Virus genome (UHGV): UHGV-0072741
DNA: 21,480 nt
Strand: one strand, 5' to 3'
From: a virus
In this document: piece after piece, positions 1 through 9,152 of the stretch
Position numbering within the stretch: the stretch's first letter is position 1
How the letters are laid out: the number at the start of each line of letters is the position of its first letter
The notes under the pieces: model-generated
The model's database searches: none
The model's input: only the letters and a program-made list of their open reading frames with translations
Told to the model about the DNA's origin: nothing
Translations under genes and position numbers: made by a program

Positions 1-717
1 CGGGAGCTCGCCAGCGTGACCGGTCATGCCGTCAAGCGTTGGAGGTTTGCCCCATTCGACAAATTTACCTTCCATTTCCTGATGAGAATGCCTGACGTCA
101 CCATCTTCGGCTGTACGCCAGATATAACCATTCGAACCAATTGACAGCGCACGCGCCTGATCCAGCGCGCCGGTTGCACGTCCAAGTTCAGTACGGGCAA
201 TCAGGTCAGCTCTGGACTTTGCTATATCACCCGATGCGGCTATTTCTTTAGCAAAATGTTCCGCTCTCCCACCGGTAACAACAGCTTCTATCGCCCGATT
301 CTGGATGTCGTACACCCTGTCAGCCGCCTCGAGGGGTAGCGATTTGATGTACTTAACCTGTTCAGCAACGATGGATTTCATCACCTGCCCTGGAGGGGCA
401 CTGTTTACCAGATTGCGTAGCTCACGGCTGATGGTTTTGCTGTGTTTACGCCACTGCTCATCATTCTTGCGCACAATGTCGGCGGTAAAGTTTTCCGCGA
501 CCTTTGTCGCCCAGGGGGTGATGATTTCACTGTAGCGTTCCAGCGCCTCAATAATTTCCGTGATACTGTCATTTGAACCATCGTAGCGACCATTTACGAT
601 GTCCCCGACCGCCCGCGCTATCCTGCGTAGGCTGGTTCGATAGCGGATTTCCGCCTGACGGTTCCTGCGGTTCGTCATCAGGTTCGCCGATGCCGGGCGG
701 CGCTTCGTCTTCGGCAT
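1..717 (-). CDS. Phage head morphogenesis protein (Mu F-like / SPP1 gp7 family), 5' part only; the gene continues beyond the window start
   Basis: Minus-strand frame with codons on forward 3k-2..3k is open from 756 down to 1. It encodes ...SIGSNGYIWRTAEDGDVRHSHQEMEGKFVEWGKPPTLDGMTGHAGEL, which resembles the Mu F-like motif. ATG at 717 has GAGGA 9 nt upstream; an alternative ATG is at 678. Not in the ORF track because it has no stop in the window. Confidence 0.6.
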   Translation of the reverse strand, partial: MPKTKRRPASANLMTNRRNRQAEIRYRTSLRRIARAVGDIVNGRYDGSNDSITEIIEALERYSEIITPWATKVAENFTADIVRKNDEQWRKHSKTISRELRNLVNSAPPGQVMKSIVAEQVKYIKSLPLEAADRVYDIQNRAIEAVVTGGRAEHFAKEIAASGDIAKSRADLIARTELGRATGALDQARALSIGSNGYIWRTAEDGDVRHSHQEMEGKFVEWGKPPTLDGMTGHAGELP

Positions 718-2035
718 TCTCGATGTCCTCGTCGGTAATGGATGCCCCGATGCCGGTTACGTCAGAATTTTCGCGCAAATCGGTCATAGCGGCTTTCAGT
801 GTCATCAGACCATCACCCAGCGCTGTACTGATTGCGTTGGTGGTGTTTAACGCCACCGTTGAGCGATCGACATCAGACATTTGCCAGAGCGGGTTAAACT
901 CAAACGTGAAATCGTCCGGCAGCAGCTTGCCAAGTTCCGAGCGATGCATGATGTCCAGTATCCGCCGCACCGGAAGACGTAAACGCCTCTCCTGCAGCGA
1001 ACTGATGCGGTCGTAATAGTTGGCAAGGTCTGCATCACCGGTAGAAAATCCTTTCGGGGACTGTCCGAACAACCGCACCAGTGGGATACCAACAGCGCCA
1101 CTAATCTGTTCTGCAAACTGCGATAGGATGTCATCCAGACCACTGAAGCTGTACTGATGCGTTTCAAACTTATCCCGCGAGTCCATGAGCGTCATACCTT
1201 CATTGCTCTGGAACTGTCGAATCAGGTCGATATTCTTCAGCAACGCTTCATACGCAGGACCACCAAGTGCGATAAGCTCGCGTAGCTTCTCCACGCTGTA
1301 GGTGCGCAGATGCGCCTTGTAGACCAGCTGCGCCGCGCCGACAGTAGCGCTGTCGAACGCGGTAAGACGATCCCAGATACGCTCTACAACCGACATTCCC
1401 CATTCGTTCTCGGTCATCTTCTGCTGAAATGGCAGCGTGACGCCATCAAAGCGAATCAGGCGACTGTGATGAATGCGCCAGGCAGGAATTCCCGTTGCTG
1501 TGGTCACCACATCGTAAAACTCAGGTTTACCCAGGTCCGGCCCCATATCTTTAATGCGGCGGGTCAGTACCGGGTCAATCATCCAGCGGTCGAGCGGGAG
1601 AATCCCCTTAAACTTGCCCTTACTGATGGTTTCGGGTCGCAGCGGGGTCATTGGTGCCTGCCCCTCAATCATGATGAAACCCACCGCGCCGCCGTAGAGG
1701 CGCGACCATTTCAGCACGTCATTCAGCGCATCCCAGATTTGCAACTCATCCAGTTGTGATTCGAGAATGCCACGATCTTTTGCATCAATTTCCGAAGTGA
1801 TGCGAATGCCTTTGCGGGTCATATCATCCGGGATAGCATCGACTGCTTCGCCGATGATCCAGGAAGAACGATAGGACCATTCCACCAGCATGCGGTTACG
1901 ACTGGTGAAATTAGCCCGGTAGGTGGATGCTGAGTGCTGGTTAGGTGTCTGCATCCCTACGCGGGCGATAAAATTCTCATAACCATCAGCTGTGGCCTGC
2001 GCAGTTCGCCGCAGGGCTTGTTTGTTTCGTGCCAT
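569..2035 (-). CDS. Phage portal protein
   Basis: 488-aa ORF immediately downstream of the large terminase with a 1-nt stop/start overlap (TGATG on the minus strand); acidic low-complexity C-terminal tail; position and size typical of a portal. Confidence 0.8.
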   Translation of the reverse strand: MARNKQALRRTAQATADGYENFIARVGMQTPNQHSASTYRANFTSRNRMLVEWSYRSSWIIGEAVDAIPDDMTRKGIRITSEIDAKDRGILESQLDELQIWDALNDVLKWSRLYGGAVGFIMIEGQAPMTPLRPETISKGKFKGILPLDRWMIDPVLTRRIKDMGPDLGKPEFYDVVTTATGIPAWRIHHSRLIRFDGVTLPFQQKMTENEWGMSVVERIWDRLTAFDSATVGAAQLVYKAHLRTYSVEKLRELIALGGPAYEALLKNIDLIRQFQSNEGMTLMDSRDKFETHQYSFSGLDDILSQFAEQISGAVGIPLVRLFGQSPKGFSTGDADLANYYDRISSLQERRLRLPVRRILDIMHRSELGKLLPDDFTFEFNPLWQMSDVDRSTVALNTTNAISTALGDGLMTLKAAMTDLRENSDVTGIGASITDEDIENAEDEAPPGIGEPDDEPQEPSGGNPLSNQPTQDSAGGRGHRKWSLRWFK

Positions 2036-3657
2036 CAGGCCTGTCTCCCTAGCAACTCCCAGATGTTCAGGGCTGAATTCATTGGGGCATAGTTGATCAT
2101 CACCGAGTCGGCAAGATTTGGCGACCGGGTCCCATCAGGCTGTTTATCAATAACGATTTTTCCCACACCATTAATGGAATAGGTCGGCTGCGAAAGCTCG
2201 ATGATGAGTTTATCTTTGAGCGCCATGCTACTGCTGATTGAGATGATTTCGTCCGGGTTGTAAGCCATACCTTCAACCACGGCGCGCCAGGTATTCTGAA
2301 AAAGTTTACGTAACCGCCACCAGCTCTGAGCTTTGGCGTTAGCGAAGAAGTCCTTGTTCAGTCGTGCGGCTTGCCCGTTGTCCCCGCGAACAGCTTCATC
2401 ATCCGGATCAAATACCGCGCCACTGCCTCGAAACGGTGTGGCGAGTATTGACGGTCGGCGCGCAACGTTACGCAGTTCGTTGATAGCGCGCGCATCGCCG
2501 CGAACGCCAGCGCCCAGCCCGTCCTCGTCAAAGCGAAACTCTTCGATGTTGTCCTGTTCGCAAAAACCGAAGACCTTCTCGACGGACTGATAAATGTCGC
2601 TGCCCACACCGGACCATTCCCGCACATTTTCCAGGAGGAAGCCATGACGGGTGGAAAAGGCATTTTTGTCCCTGCCTTCGTCGGCGACATCCATCGCGCC
2701 AAGTCGTTTGCCTGTTGGCTGGATACCCAGTTTGATATGCGCATCAACGGCAGCCTGTACCCATTCGGATGGAATCAGGACGCCTTCCGCTGATGCGCTG
2801 TAGTTCAGATCAAGTTCCTGTGCCACCACCACCGGATTATCGATTTTCTCACATTCCCTGCGATACCACTCTTCATCCTTGCGAGGATCATCCCGCCAGT
2901 GGAATGTGAATACCGGTATCTTCCCGCCATGACGCTTCTGAGCGAACGGGTTAGCCATGCCGTTAACTGAACTCAGGTCGATACGGCAACGCGTCGTTTG
3001 TGACAACGCCGCATCAATCAGCAGAGGACGCTGAAGGAATGCAGCCTCATCAACCAGATAAAGCGTGGTACGGTCACCACGACCAATATTATCGCCAGCC
3101 TCGCCTTTGATAACGGCACCAGTTTCAGGAAACTCAACACGCATATATGGCGCGTGCTTCTTCTCGCTCCACGAACCGCGAAACTCTACAGGCAGTGTTT
3201 CCACGAACTTGCGCGCCTTCCAGAACAATGCTTTCGGGTCACCGGTGCTGTCGACGTATTCCTCTTTACGGGAGCCGAAACCGATAACCATTTCTTTGTT
3301 GAAGAGACAAAGCGAGCAGGCCAGTCCGATCGCGGTCCAACTGAGCCCCATTTCACGGGATTTTTCGGTAATACCATTCTCCCGATTGCCCCAGCGTTCC
3401 ATAATCCAGTGGATCCACTCCTCCTGCTTAGGGAAGAGTAAAAACGGAATGGTCACCGGCAGGCCATAATCAATATTACGCGGGTCCGTTGTCATGCCCC
3501 AGTCGATGATGAACTGAGCCGGATTGGTTCGGTAAAACTGTTTTAGTGCAGGCAATATTTCAGGATTCTGGCGAATGCGCTGTAGGCGTTCCATCCGCCA
3601 TTCAAAAACCATCTGGTAATCAGGATGTTTAAAATCGAAGGGGAATGGTAACGGCAT
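2035..3657 (-). CDS. Terminase large subunit (TerL)
   Basis: 540-aa ORF between small terminase and portal with sequence character of a phage terminase ATPase/nuclease; tightly spaced with its neighbours. Confidence 0.85.
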   Translation of the reverse strand: MPLPFPFDFKHPDYQMVFEWRMERLQRIRQNPEILPALKQFYRTNPAQFIIDWGMTTDPRNIDYGLPVTIPFLLFPKQEEWIHWIMERWGNRENGITEKSREMGLSWTAIGLACSLCLFNKEMVIGFGSRKEEYVDSTGDPKALFWKARKFVETLPVEFRGSWSEKKHAPYMRVEFPETGAVIKGEAGDNIGRGDRTTLYLVDEAAFLQRPLLIDAALSQTTRCRIDLSSVNGMANPFAQKRHGGKIPVFTFHWRDDPRKDEEWYRRECEKIDNPVVVAQELDLNYSASAEGVLIPSEWVQAAVDAHIKLGIQPTGKRLGAMDVADEGRDKNAFSTRHGFLLENVREWSGVGSDIYQSVEKVFGFCEQDNIEEFRFDEDGLGAGVRGDARAINELRNVARRPSILATPFRGSGAVFDPDDEAVRGDNGQAARLNKDFFANAKAQSWWRLRKLFQNTWRAVVEGMAYNPDEIISISSSMALKDKLIIELSQPTYSINGVGKIVIDKQPDGTRSPNLADSVMINYAPMNSALNIWELLGRQA

Positions 3658-3659
3658 AC

Positions 3660-4232
3660 TTAGCCCATCATTTTTCTATACGCCTCTGCAGCCTGCTCCG
3701 GCGTTAAGTTGGTAATTTCTGTTCTGACTGGTCCTCCATCAGCGCCAGTCACTTCATTTTTGACGTTGTCTTTAAACGCCTGAACAGAAACATGACGCCC
3801 AAGCAACTCAAGGTTTTTAACCTTATCAGGCCACTTAATCTTTTTAAGGATCCCGACCATTTCTCTGTCATCTCCTCGCCCCTCAAACATTTCAGCGAGG
3901 TTAAATCCACTCAGGTACCGACGCCACGATTCCGGCCACGCAGACAGAGGCTTAATACTTAAATCGTCCTCCAGGATGTCAGCCACATCGAGCCTGTCGA
4001 TCTCAACCAGTCGCATCAGCACATAATTCGCATCAATGCCCAGTTGATCAATACGCTCCTGCTTTAGCTCGTTGATGCGGGCGCGTATCTCAGGTTTACC
4101 ATATAGTTCAGCCCCCGTAACATGTGCTCGCCTGGAGGCATAGCCTGCGCGAATAGCTGCTTGTGTAGCATTCAGATCGACAAGAAACTCGCGACAAAAC
4201 ACCTCGTGTTTTGCTTTCAGCTTCTTAGTCAT
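3660..4232 (-). CDS. Terminase small subunit (TerS)
   Basis: 190-aa ORF directly upstream of TerL; N-terminal [31 protein letters not shown] resembles the terminase small-subunit DNA-binding domain. Confidence 0.75.
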   Translation of the reverse strand: MTKKLKAKHEVFCREFLVDLNATQAAIRAGYASRRAHVTGAELYGKPEIRARINELKQERIDQLGIDANYVLMRLVEIDRLDVADILEDDLSIKPLSAWPESWRRYLSGFNLAEMFEGRGDDREMVGILKKIKWPDKVKNLELLGRHVSVQAFKDNVKNEVTGADGGPVRTEITNLTPEQAAEAYRKMMG

Positions 4233-4293
4233 TTTATTTTCCAGTTATCAGGTCATTATCGAAGCCCCTCCTGGAAGAGCTTCTGTAATGCTA

Positions 4294-4818
4294 TTACCGG
4301 GACTGTTCTATTTGTCGGACACCAGCCAACTGGTTATTCGCCTTCTCGATGGCTGCCAACAGTGGGTTAATCCACAGAACAGCCTGGCAATATGTCAACG
4401 TTCTGGTGGTAGTGGCACGATCACTGGCTGAGTCAATGTCCCCGGAATCGGCGTGCAATGCGCTGGCGCGTAAACGGTTCGCGTAGTTGAGCAACCCGAC
4501 AGCAATATCAGCAGGAACAGGGAAATCACAGTTCTTTTCACGGAGCAGAACCTCACGGTATTTGATGACTGTCTTCTCGTGACCGATGTCGACCAGAGAA
4601 TTTAATCGGCTTGCGTTTTCTGCTATCTGGTTAAAACGATTGAAGTTTAATGCCTGATTAGCTATCACTTTCCCTTGATATTCAGCTTCACCTTCCGCTT
4701 TATCAGCCCGCAACTTTTCTGCCTGATACTTGCTGTGGTAATGGTTTGCAGACCAGACGAGCGCCCCAAAGGCAAAGAAGAAAAGTGCCGCGATGACAAT
4801 CTTATAAGTCAGCTTCAT
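4294..4818 (-). CDS. Rz: Rz-like i-spanin (lysis protein)
   Basis: 174 aa with an N-terminal transmembrane segment (IVIAALFFFAFGALVW) followed by a charged, coiled-coil-like periplasmic region; sits immediately after the endolysin. Confidence 0.7.
   Translation of the reverse strand: MKLTYKIVIAALFFFAFGALVWSANHYHSKYQAEKLRADKAEGEAEYQGKVIANQALNFNRFNQIAENASRLNSLVDIGHEKTVIKYREVLLREKNCDFPVPADIAVGLLNYANRLRASALHADSGDIDSASDRATTTRTLTYCQAVLWINPLLAAIEKANNQLAGVRQIEQSR
4395..4541 (-). CDS. Rz1: Rz1-like o-spanin lipoprotein embedded in the +1 frame of Rz
   Basis: Hand translation of the alternate frame inside Rz gives (GTG)MKRTVISLFLLILLSGCSTTRTVYAPAHCTPIPGTLTQPVIVPLPPER: signal peptide, lipobox LSGC and a proline-rich mature part. 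Too short for the ORF track. Confidence 0.5.
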   Translation of the reverse strand: MKRTVISLFLLILLSGCSTTRTVYAPAHCTPIPGTLTQPVIVPLPPER

Positions 4819-5278
4819 TTACCACCCCACCAGCATCTTTAAACCTGGAAATCAGGTCACCGATTTTATGTTCATACTGACCGTAACCTGCACCAGGTAA
4901 CGACGCCCAGATATTGCTGCAACGGTCGATTGCCTGACGAATATCTCCACGGTCAATCATCGGTAAAGCGCCACGCTCTTTAATCTGCTGCAGCGCCACA
5001 GCATCCTGACTTTCTGGCGAAAAATCTTTCAGGCCAAGCTGCTTGCGGTAGGCATCCCACCAGCGTGAAAGAAGCTGATACCGGCCTGCAGCTGTTGATT
5101 TAAGCTTCGGGTTGAGCGTGACAAGTTTGCGAGGGTGATCGGAGTAATCAGTGAACAACTCACCTCCGACGATAACGTCATAACCGTGATTACGTGTCGG
5201 TTGTCGCCCGTTATCCGTTCCTTCTGACCATGCCACCATATCCAGGAAAGCTTTACGTTGGGAATTTAGTGTCTGCAT
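4802..5278 (-). CDS. R: Endolysin, lambda R-type lytic transglycosylase
   Basis: 158 aa, near-identical over most of its length to lambda R as I recall it (QRKAFLDM.AWSEGTDNGRQ.TRNHGYDVIVGGELFTDYSDHPRKLVTLNPKLKST.AGRYQLLSRWWDAYRKQLGLKDFSP). Confidence 0.9.
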   Translation of the reverse strand: MQTLNSQRKAFLDMVAWSEGTDNGRQPTRNHGYDVIVGGELFTDYSDHPRKLVTLNPKLKSTAAGRYQLLSRWWDAYRKQLGLKDFSPESQDAVALQQIKERGALPMIDRGDIRQAIDRCSNIWASLPGAGYGQYEHKIGDLISRFKDAGGVVNEADL

Positions 5279-5281
5279 GAA

Positions 5282-5641
5282 TTACTCCTTAGAGCCACCA
5301 AACTTGTTACCGATTACTCGCATTGCAGCCCCACGAATAGCATCGACACCGATCAGCCCAACACCACCACCAATGGCAACAGAAAGCGATTTAGGCCATC
5401 CAACATACTCAAGAGCGGATGCAAAGGTCAGCGTCAGAGCACCACAGAGCAAAATCTCAAGCGTTTTTCGTTTCCAGCCGCCGCCACCGCCAAAATAGGC
5501 AATGCGCAAACCAGCCATAACAATTGACATAACCACTGCGCCCAACGGCGTATCTCCACGCCACCAACTTTGTAAGAGTTCCAGTAAGTCAGGCCAGGAA
5601 TGAGGAGCATTGTGCATTTTCATACTTCCCACCTCCGCCAT
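5282..5641 (-). CDS. Holin
   Basis: 119-aa ORF directly upstream of the endolysin with hydrophobic segments and a glycine-rich stretch; several N-terminal Met codons (MAEVGSMKMH) allow a possible dual start. Confidence 0.7.
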   Translation of the reverse strand: MAEVGSMKMHNAPHSWPDLLELLQSWWRGDTPLGAVVMSIVMAGLRIAYFGGGGGWKRKTLEILLCGALTLTFASALEYVGWPKSLSVAIGGGVGLIGVDAIRGAAMRVIGNKFGGSKE

Positions 5642-5715
5642 TACGGGGTGTTGTTGAAAGGCGGGCCCTGCGTATACGCCCGTAGGATTGGGTTATGAGC
5701 CGTCCTTCGGTGGGC

Positions 5716-5739
5716 CCTGAATACAAAAAAAGTTCGCCA
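5716..5739 (-). terminator. Intrinsic terminator on the minus strand in the Q-to-holin leader (tR'-like)
   Basis: Minus-strand RNA would read GUUCGC-UAUG-GCGAAC followed by seven U (forward: aaaaaaa gttcgc cata gcgaac). Lies downstream of Q and upstream of the holin, the expected place for the late terminator that Q reads through. Confidence 0.4.
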
Positions 5740-6026
5740 TAGCGAACCTTGTTAAATTTGTTAAAAAAGGAGGTTATTTAACATAATGTACGTTATAGGA
5801 ACCACACGATCACCGCTCGCAATAGATTTGCGATGAAAGGCCTGTTTAATCAACTTAAGTGGCCCAGAATGGCGAAATTCGAGTGAATAAAAGGTGCATA
5901 AAAAAGGGCAAACACTGCATAGCGTTTTTTCGCGACGAAAACCCTGTTTTATTAACTTTTACTGAGAACAGAGCATTAAAAAAGCCCCAATGATTTGGAG
6001 CTCTTCGTTGAGGTCAGAAATTCAAC

Positions 6027-6461
6027 TCATACCAGCGTAGCGCAGTTTTTGCGTAGCGCACTAATACTTTTTTCATCCCTTTGAATTTCGACCTCAGGAT
6101 CCATCTGAAGGCTCACACCCAGCATGCAGAGACACCCCTCAATGAATCCCTCTGCTACCTGCAACTGCTGGCGGATAAATCCTTCAGAACAGCGACGCCG
6201 CCGCCCTATCTCACGTTTGCTTAACCCGTAGACGTAGTACAGCATAATGACGTCCAGTTCCTCAGGCTTACGGACCTGCTGCAGCCGACAGACGCAAGCA
6301 TCGATAATCAGGCCATCGTCGTCACAGCAACTCAGCCTGCCAGGCGAGCTGCTGACTACCAGCCCTTTAAATCCCGCCGCTATTGGAGCCCAGCTCACTG
6401 TGGTGTTGCTATCGGCAGCCCAGCCACCCCAGCGCTCTAAAACCTGTTGAATATTACGCAT
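6027..6461 (-). CDS. Q: Late-gene antiterminator Q (phage antitermination protein Q family)
   Basis: 144 aa; MRNIQQVLERWGGWAADSN..SWAPIAAGFKGLV...CCDDDGLIID...YYVYGL matches the conserved pattern of Q-family antiterminators; located upstream of the lysis cassette. Confidence 0.85.
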   Translation of the reverse strand: MRNIQQVLERWGGWAADSNTTVSWAPIAAGFKGLVVSSSPGRLSCCDDDGLIIDACVCRLQQVRKPEELDVIMLYYVYGLSKREIGRRRRCSEGFIRQQLQVAEGFIEGCLCMLGVSLQMDPEVEIQRDEKSISALRKNCATLV

Positions 6462-6514
6462 AGCTCTGACCTCTACGTTTTGCTACGAAAAAATTTTCTG
6501 AGAACTACGTCTGT

Positions 6515-6534
6515 TTATCCGTGGGTGTGGATAA
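6515..6534. promoter_or_regulatory. Inverted pair of DnaA-box-like sequences
   Basis: tgtggataa at 6526..6534 is the exact reverse complement of the DnaA box consensus TTATCCACA; ttatccgtg at 6515..6523 is a 7/9 match on the other strand. Confidence 0.4.
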
Positions 6535-6591
6535 CGCAGTTCCGATTCGCATATTGCATGTATCAACATGCAAAAAGTTGCTAATTCGGAG

Positions 6592-6780
6592 TGGAACCAC
6601 CCGCCCCCACCTGGAACCACCTTTTCCTAACCTTTCCCTCAATCGACTTATATATATATATGGGGTTTCTAGTAGAAAGGCGGTTCCAGTGGTTCCAGTA
6701 GTTCCGACCCGCTTGCCACAAGGTCTGCAAGGTGGAACCACCTTCTCTTTTAGGTGGTTCCGCGTGGTTCCAGCGGTTCC
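6592..6780. repeat. Iteron array: about nine copies of GGTTCCA/TGGAACC flanking a (TA)n tract; candidate origin of replication
   Basis: TGGAACCA at 6592, 6612 and 6733; GGTTCC(A) at 6682, 6691, (6700), 6755, 6766 and 6775, at roughly one-helical-turn spacing; tatatatatata at 6649..6662. Lies between the primase stop and Q. Confidence 0.55.
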
Positions 6781-8936
6781 CAAACCTTGCATTTTTTCCC
6801 CCCAATTCGCCTTTGGGCACGCTTATACCCGCAATTTTGCAAAACATTACTAATTCGCATTTCTTCGCGTTTTCCGATGCGGTCAGGATTTAGCCCAATC
6901 GCATCACGCAAAACATCACTTGCGCGTAAAAATTCGCAATTCCGCGGAAGTTCATTAGTCATCAGGTCGGGCGTGTCGAGCCATTTCTCTACCGTTTCAA
7001 GCCAAGCATCCTTGATGGTGTACTGTTCATGGACACTCGCTGCCAGTTGTTCAGCCTCACGGAACTGGATACCCCCCAGACGCTGAAACACCTCACGAGC
7101 CTCAGCCCAAAGTAAAAGGAGATCTCTTTTTATCGCTTTCACGTCGACTTTCGACACTTCCACGGGGAGCCAGCGACGGTTACCAGTCTTGTCCGCAAGG
7201 AATTCGTCCTCATTGGTGGTACCAACGAACACCAGGCGACGAGGAAACTGGGTGGCGAACTCCCGGTATTTCGGGATCCAGTTTTCGTGAGTACGCGTCA
7301 CAAACGCTTTGATTGACTCCAGCTCTTTGGTATTAAGTCCGCGCAGTTCACCAATCTCTGCCACCAGCCGACCACGCATTTTTCGAGCGAGATCATCGTC
7401 TTTTTCGGCAAAAGAGATTTCAGTAAAAAACGCAGGATCAGGGCTCAGTGCCTCCACTCCGGAAGACTTACCGCAGCCCTGCGGACCAACGAGGATCGGC
7501 ACCATATCCGCTTTGATGCCTGGCTCCAGTACTCGCCCCGCCAACGCGGTCCACATGTACATAGACACCGCACGGGTATAAGGCGTGTCGGCGGTACCGA
7601 AGTGCGTATGGTAGAAACATTCGATGCGCGGCACGCCATCCCACTCCAGTCCGTTCAGCCAGGTGATCGCTGAATCAAATGGTTGTTCATCGGCTGCAAG
7701 TAACACCACATCGCGAATAAGTTCACGACCAACAGGTTTAAATCCCCGCTTTTCCATCGTGATGCGCAGGCGCGCATAATCCGCATCGGTGAATGCCCGC
7801 CATTGTCCGGATCCTGCAGGGGCAAACATGATTTCGTCGCGGAACTGGTCAAAGCGAATATCGATGTCCACAAAATCAGGGCGTACTACTGCTTTGGCTG
7901 CGTTGCTGATGGTTGCCTCGATACGCCCCCATTTATCACGCTCGAAAGCAGGCAGCGGTAAAGGTTCCGCCACTTCGGTGCTGGTCAGATCTTCGAAATC
8001 GTCGTTGCGGATCCCGATGGCATTAAGGAAATCTCCGTCATCACGATGCGCACAACTGGCATGCAGGCATTTAAAATGCCCCTGCTCAAAGCCCGCGGTT
8101 CCCGCAGGAAAATAAACTGTGCTTGTTGGATCGCCCCCGCTACTGTGGCCGTCTTCAAACGGACAGCGGATATATCGTTCACCATTTGCGCCATCCAGCA
8201 GCGTCCAGCCATTGGCATCAAGATATTCAGCTGTATCATCCGTCGCGCCGGGCGTGAATGCTGAACGGTCGCGCATCTTCGTGTTGCCCGCTTCGGTGGT
8301 TACCGACACAGGGAGTTGTTCAGCCAGGCGCTGCCACAGCGTTTCAAGCTGCTCACCTGTAATAGCCGGAGGTTCATCCGGCAAACCACCGTCCCATTCA
8401 ATACGCGCGCCGCTGCTGTGCGTACCGCAGGCAACGAACTGCTGCCCGTTCGCCAGCAACTCGATAATGCCCATATCCCCCGCTAGGCGATGGATACGCT
8501 TACGGAAATCACCATCAACGGCCAGCAGATACAGACACTTATTACTGTTTGCTCGCCAGCGTCGCGGCGGCAACTCACCCAGAAGTTGCACAAGCGTTTT
8601 GCGAATATCTGCCTGAATGTCTTCATCTTCGCTATCACAGTCCAGCGCCAGCCAGCCATGGCCTGTACGCACGCAGATGCCATAATCCGGTTCATTCGAC
8701 CAGCGGGCAAAATCATGCTCAGTAACAACATGCCCGGTCCATTGAGCAATACCGGTGACCTGGCGGTCCCGGTTATAGCGACTCGGCGTCTTACCCAACG
8801 CTTTCAGTTTACTATCAGGGGATATGGTCGCACTGGGGTTACATACAACTGGGAGAAGATGATCAGTTCTCCCCAATACCAGGTCGAAATGAAACCACTC
8901 ATCAGGCGTAGCTCCCCATGGTTTGCTATCGGACAT
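6750..8936 (-). CDS. Replication protein: primase (prim-pol-like N-terminus) fused to a D5/P4-alpha-like P-loop helicase
   Basis: 728 aa; Walker A GPQGCGKSS; cysteine/histidine-rich N-terminal region; follows the Cro-like gene in the early-right operon; the C-terminus overlaps the iteron array. Confidence 0.8.
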   Translation of the reverse strand: MSDSKPWGATPDEWFHFDLVLGRTDHLLPVVCNPSATISPDSKLKALGKTPSRYNRDRQVTGIAQWTGHVVTEHDFARWSNEPDYGICVRTGHGWLALDCDSEDEDIQADIRKTLVQLLGELPPRRWRANSNKCLYLLAVDGDFRKRIHRLAGDMGIIELLANGQQFVACGTHSSGARIEWDGGLPDEPPAITGEQLETLWQRLAEQLPVSVTTEAGNTKMRDRSAFTPGATDDTAEYLDANGWTLLDGANGERYIRCPFEDGHSSGGDPTSTVYFPAGTAGFEQGHFKCLHASCAHRDDGDFLNAIGIRNDDFEDLTSTEVAEPLPLPAFERDKWGRIEATISNAAKAVVRPDFVDIDIRFDQFRDEIMFAPAGSGQWRAFTDADYARLRITMEKRGFKPVGRELIRDVVLLAADEQPFDSAITWLNGLEWDGVPRIECFYHTHFGTADTPYTRAVSMYMWTALAGRVLEPGIKADMVPILVGPQGCGKSSGVEALSPDPAFFTEISFAEKDDDLARKMRGRLVAEIGELRGLNTKELESIKAFVTRTHENWIPKYREFATQFPRRLVFVGTTNEDEFLADKTGNRRWLPVEVSKVDVKAIKRDLLLLWAEAREVFQRLGGIQFREAEQLAASVHEQYTIKDAWLETVEKWLDTPDLMTNELPRNCEFLRASDVLRDAIGLNPDRIGKREEMRISNVLQNCGYKRAQRRIGGKKCKVWEPLEPRGTT

Positions 8937-8939
8937 GGG

Positions 8940-9152
8940 TTAAGCCTTTTTATCGTTTTGTGAGCCATACAACAGCCAATTAGGGTCGCAATCCAATGCT
9001 ATAGACATTTCAAGAAGATAACGTGGCCGAGCAATAACACCACTTTCAATTCTGTTTATTGCCTGCTGGCTCACTCCTGTGAGCTCAGCCAACGTAACTT
9101 GCGTCATTTTGAGTTCTTTACGTCGTTCTTTTACTCGGGTCGCTAAGGTCAT
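8940..9152 (-). CDS. Cro-like HTH transcriptional regulator (XRE family)
   Basis: Small HTH protein (MTQVTLAELTGVSQQAINRIE) divergent from the cI-like gene. Start placed at the ATG with GAGGTG upstream; the ORF-track start at 9170 has no RBS. Confidence 0.7.
   Translation of the reverse strand: MTLATRVKERRKELKMTQVTLAELTGVSQQAINRIESGVIARPRYLLEMSIALDCDPNWLLYGSQNDKKA

Noticed and set aside
573-3469. Multiple 60-150-aa ORFs antisense to or nested within the portal and terminase genes (e.g. 573..1016, 847..1167, 1310..1759, 2333..2590, 2358..2747, 3065..3469)
   Set aside because: All lie entirely inside long, well-supported coding regions on the other strand or frame and have low-complexity, Ser/Arg-rich translations typical of spurious frames in GC-rich DNA.
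5642-6026. Possible toxin or tRNA cargo between Q and the holin
   Set aside because: The interval is only 385 bp, has no ORF of 60 aa or more and no tRNA-like sequence detectable by eye; it appears to be purely regulatory.
6505-6853. Three overlapping ORFs (6505..6792 minus, 6521..6853 plus, 6581..6847 minus) across the iteron region
   Set aside because: Their translations are repeat-driven (e.g. VPVVPVVP), they overlap each other and the primase 3' end, and none has a convincing RBS; they are by-products of the GGTTCCA array.
7309-8963. ORFs nested in or antisense to the primase gene (e.g. 7789..8115, 8119..8616, 8490..8963)
   Set aside because: Embedded in the 728-aa primase/helicase ORF, with Ser/Arg/Pro-rich composition and no independent start signals.
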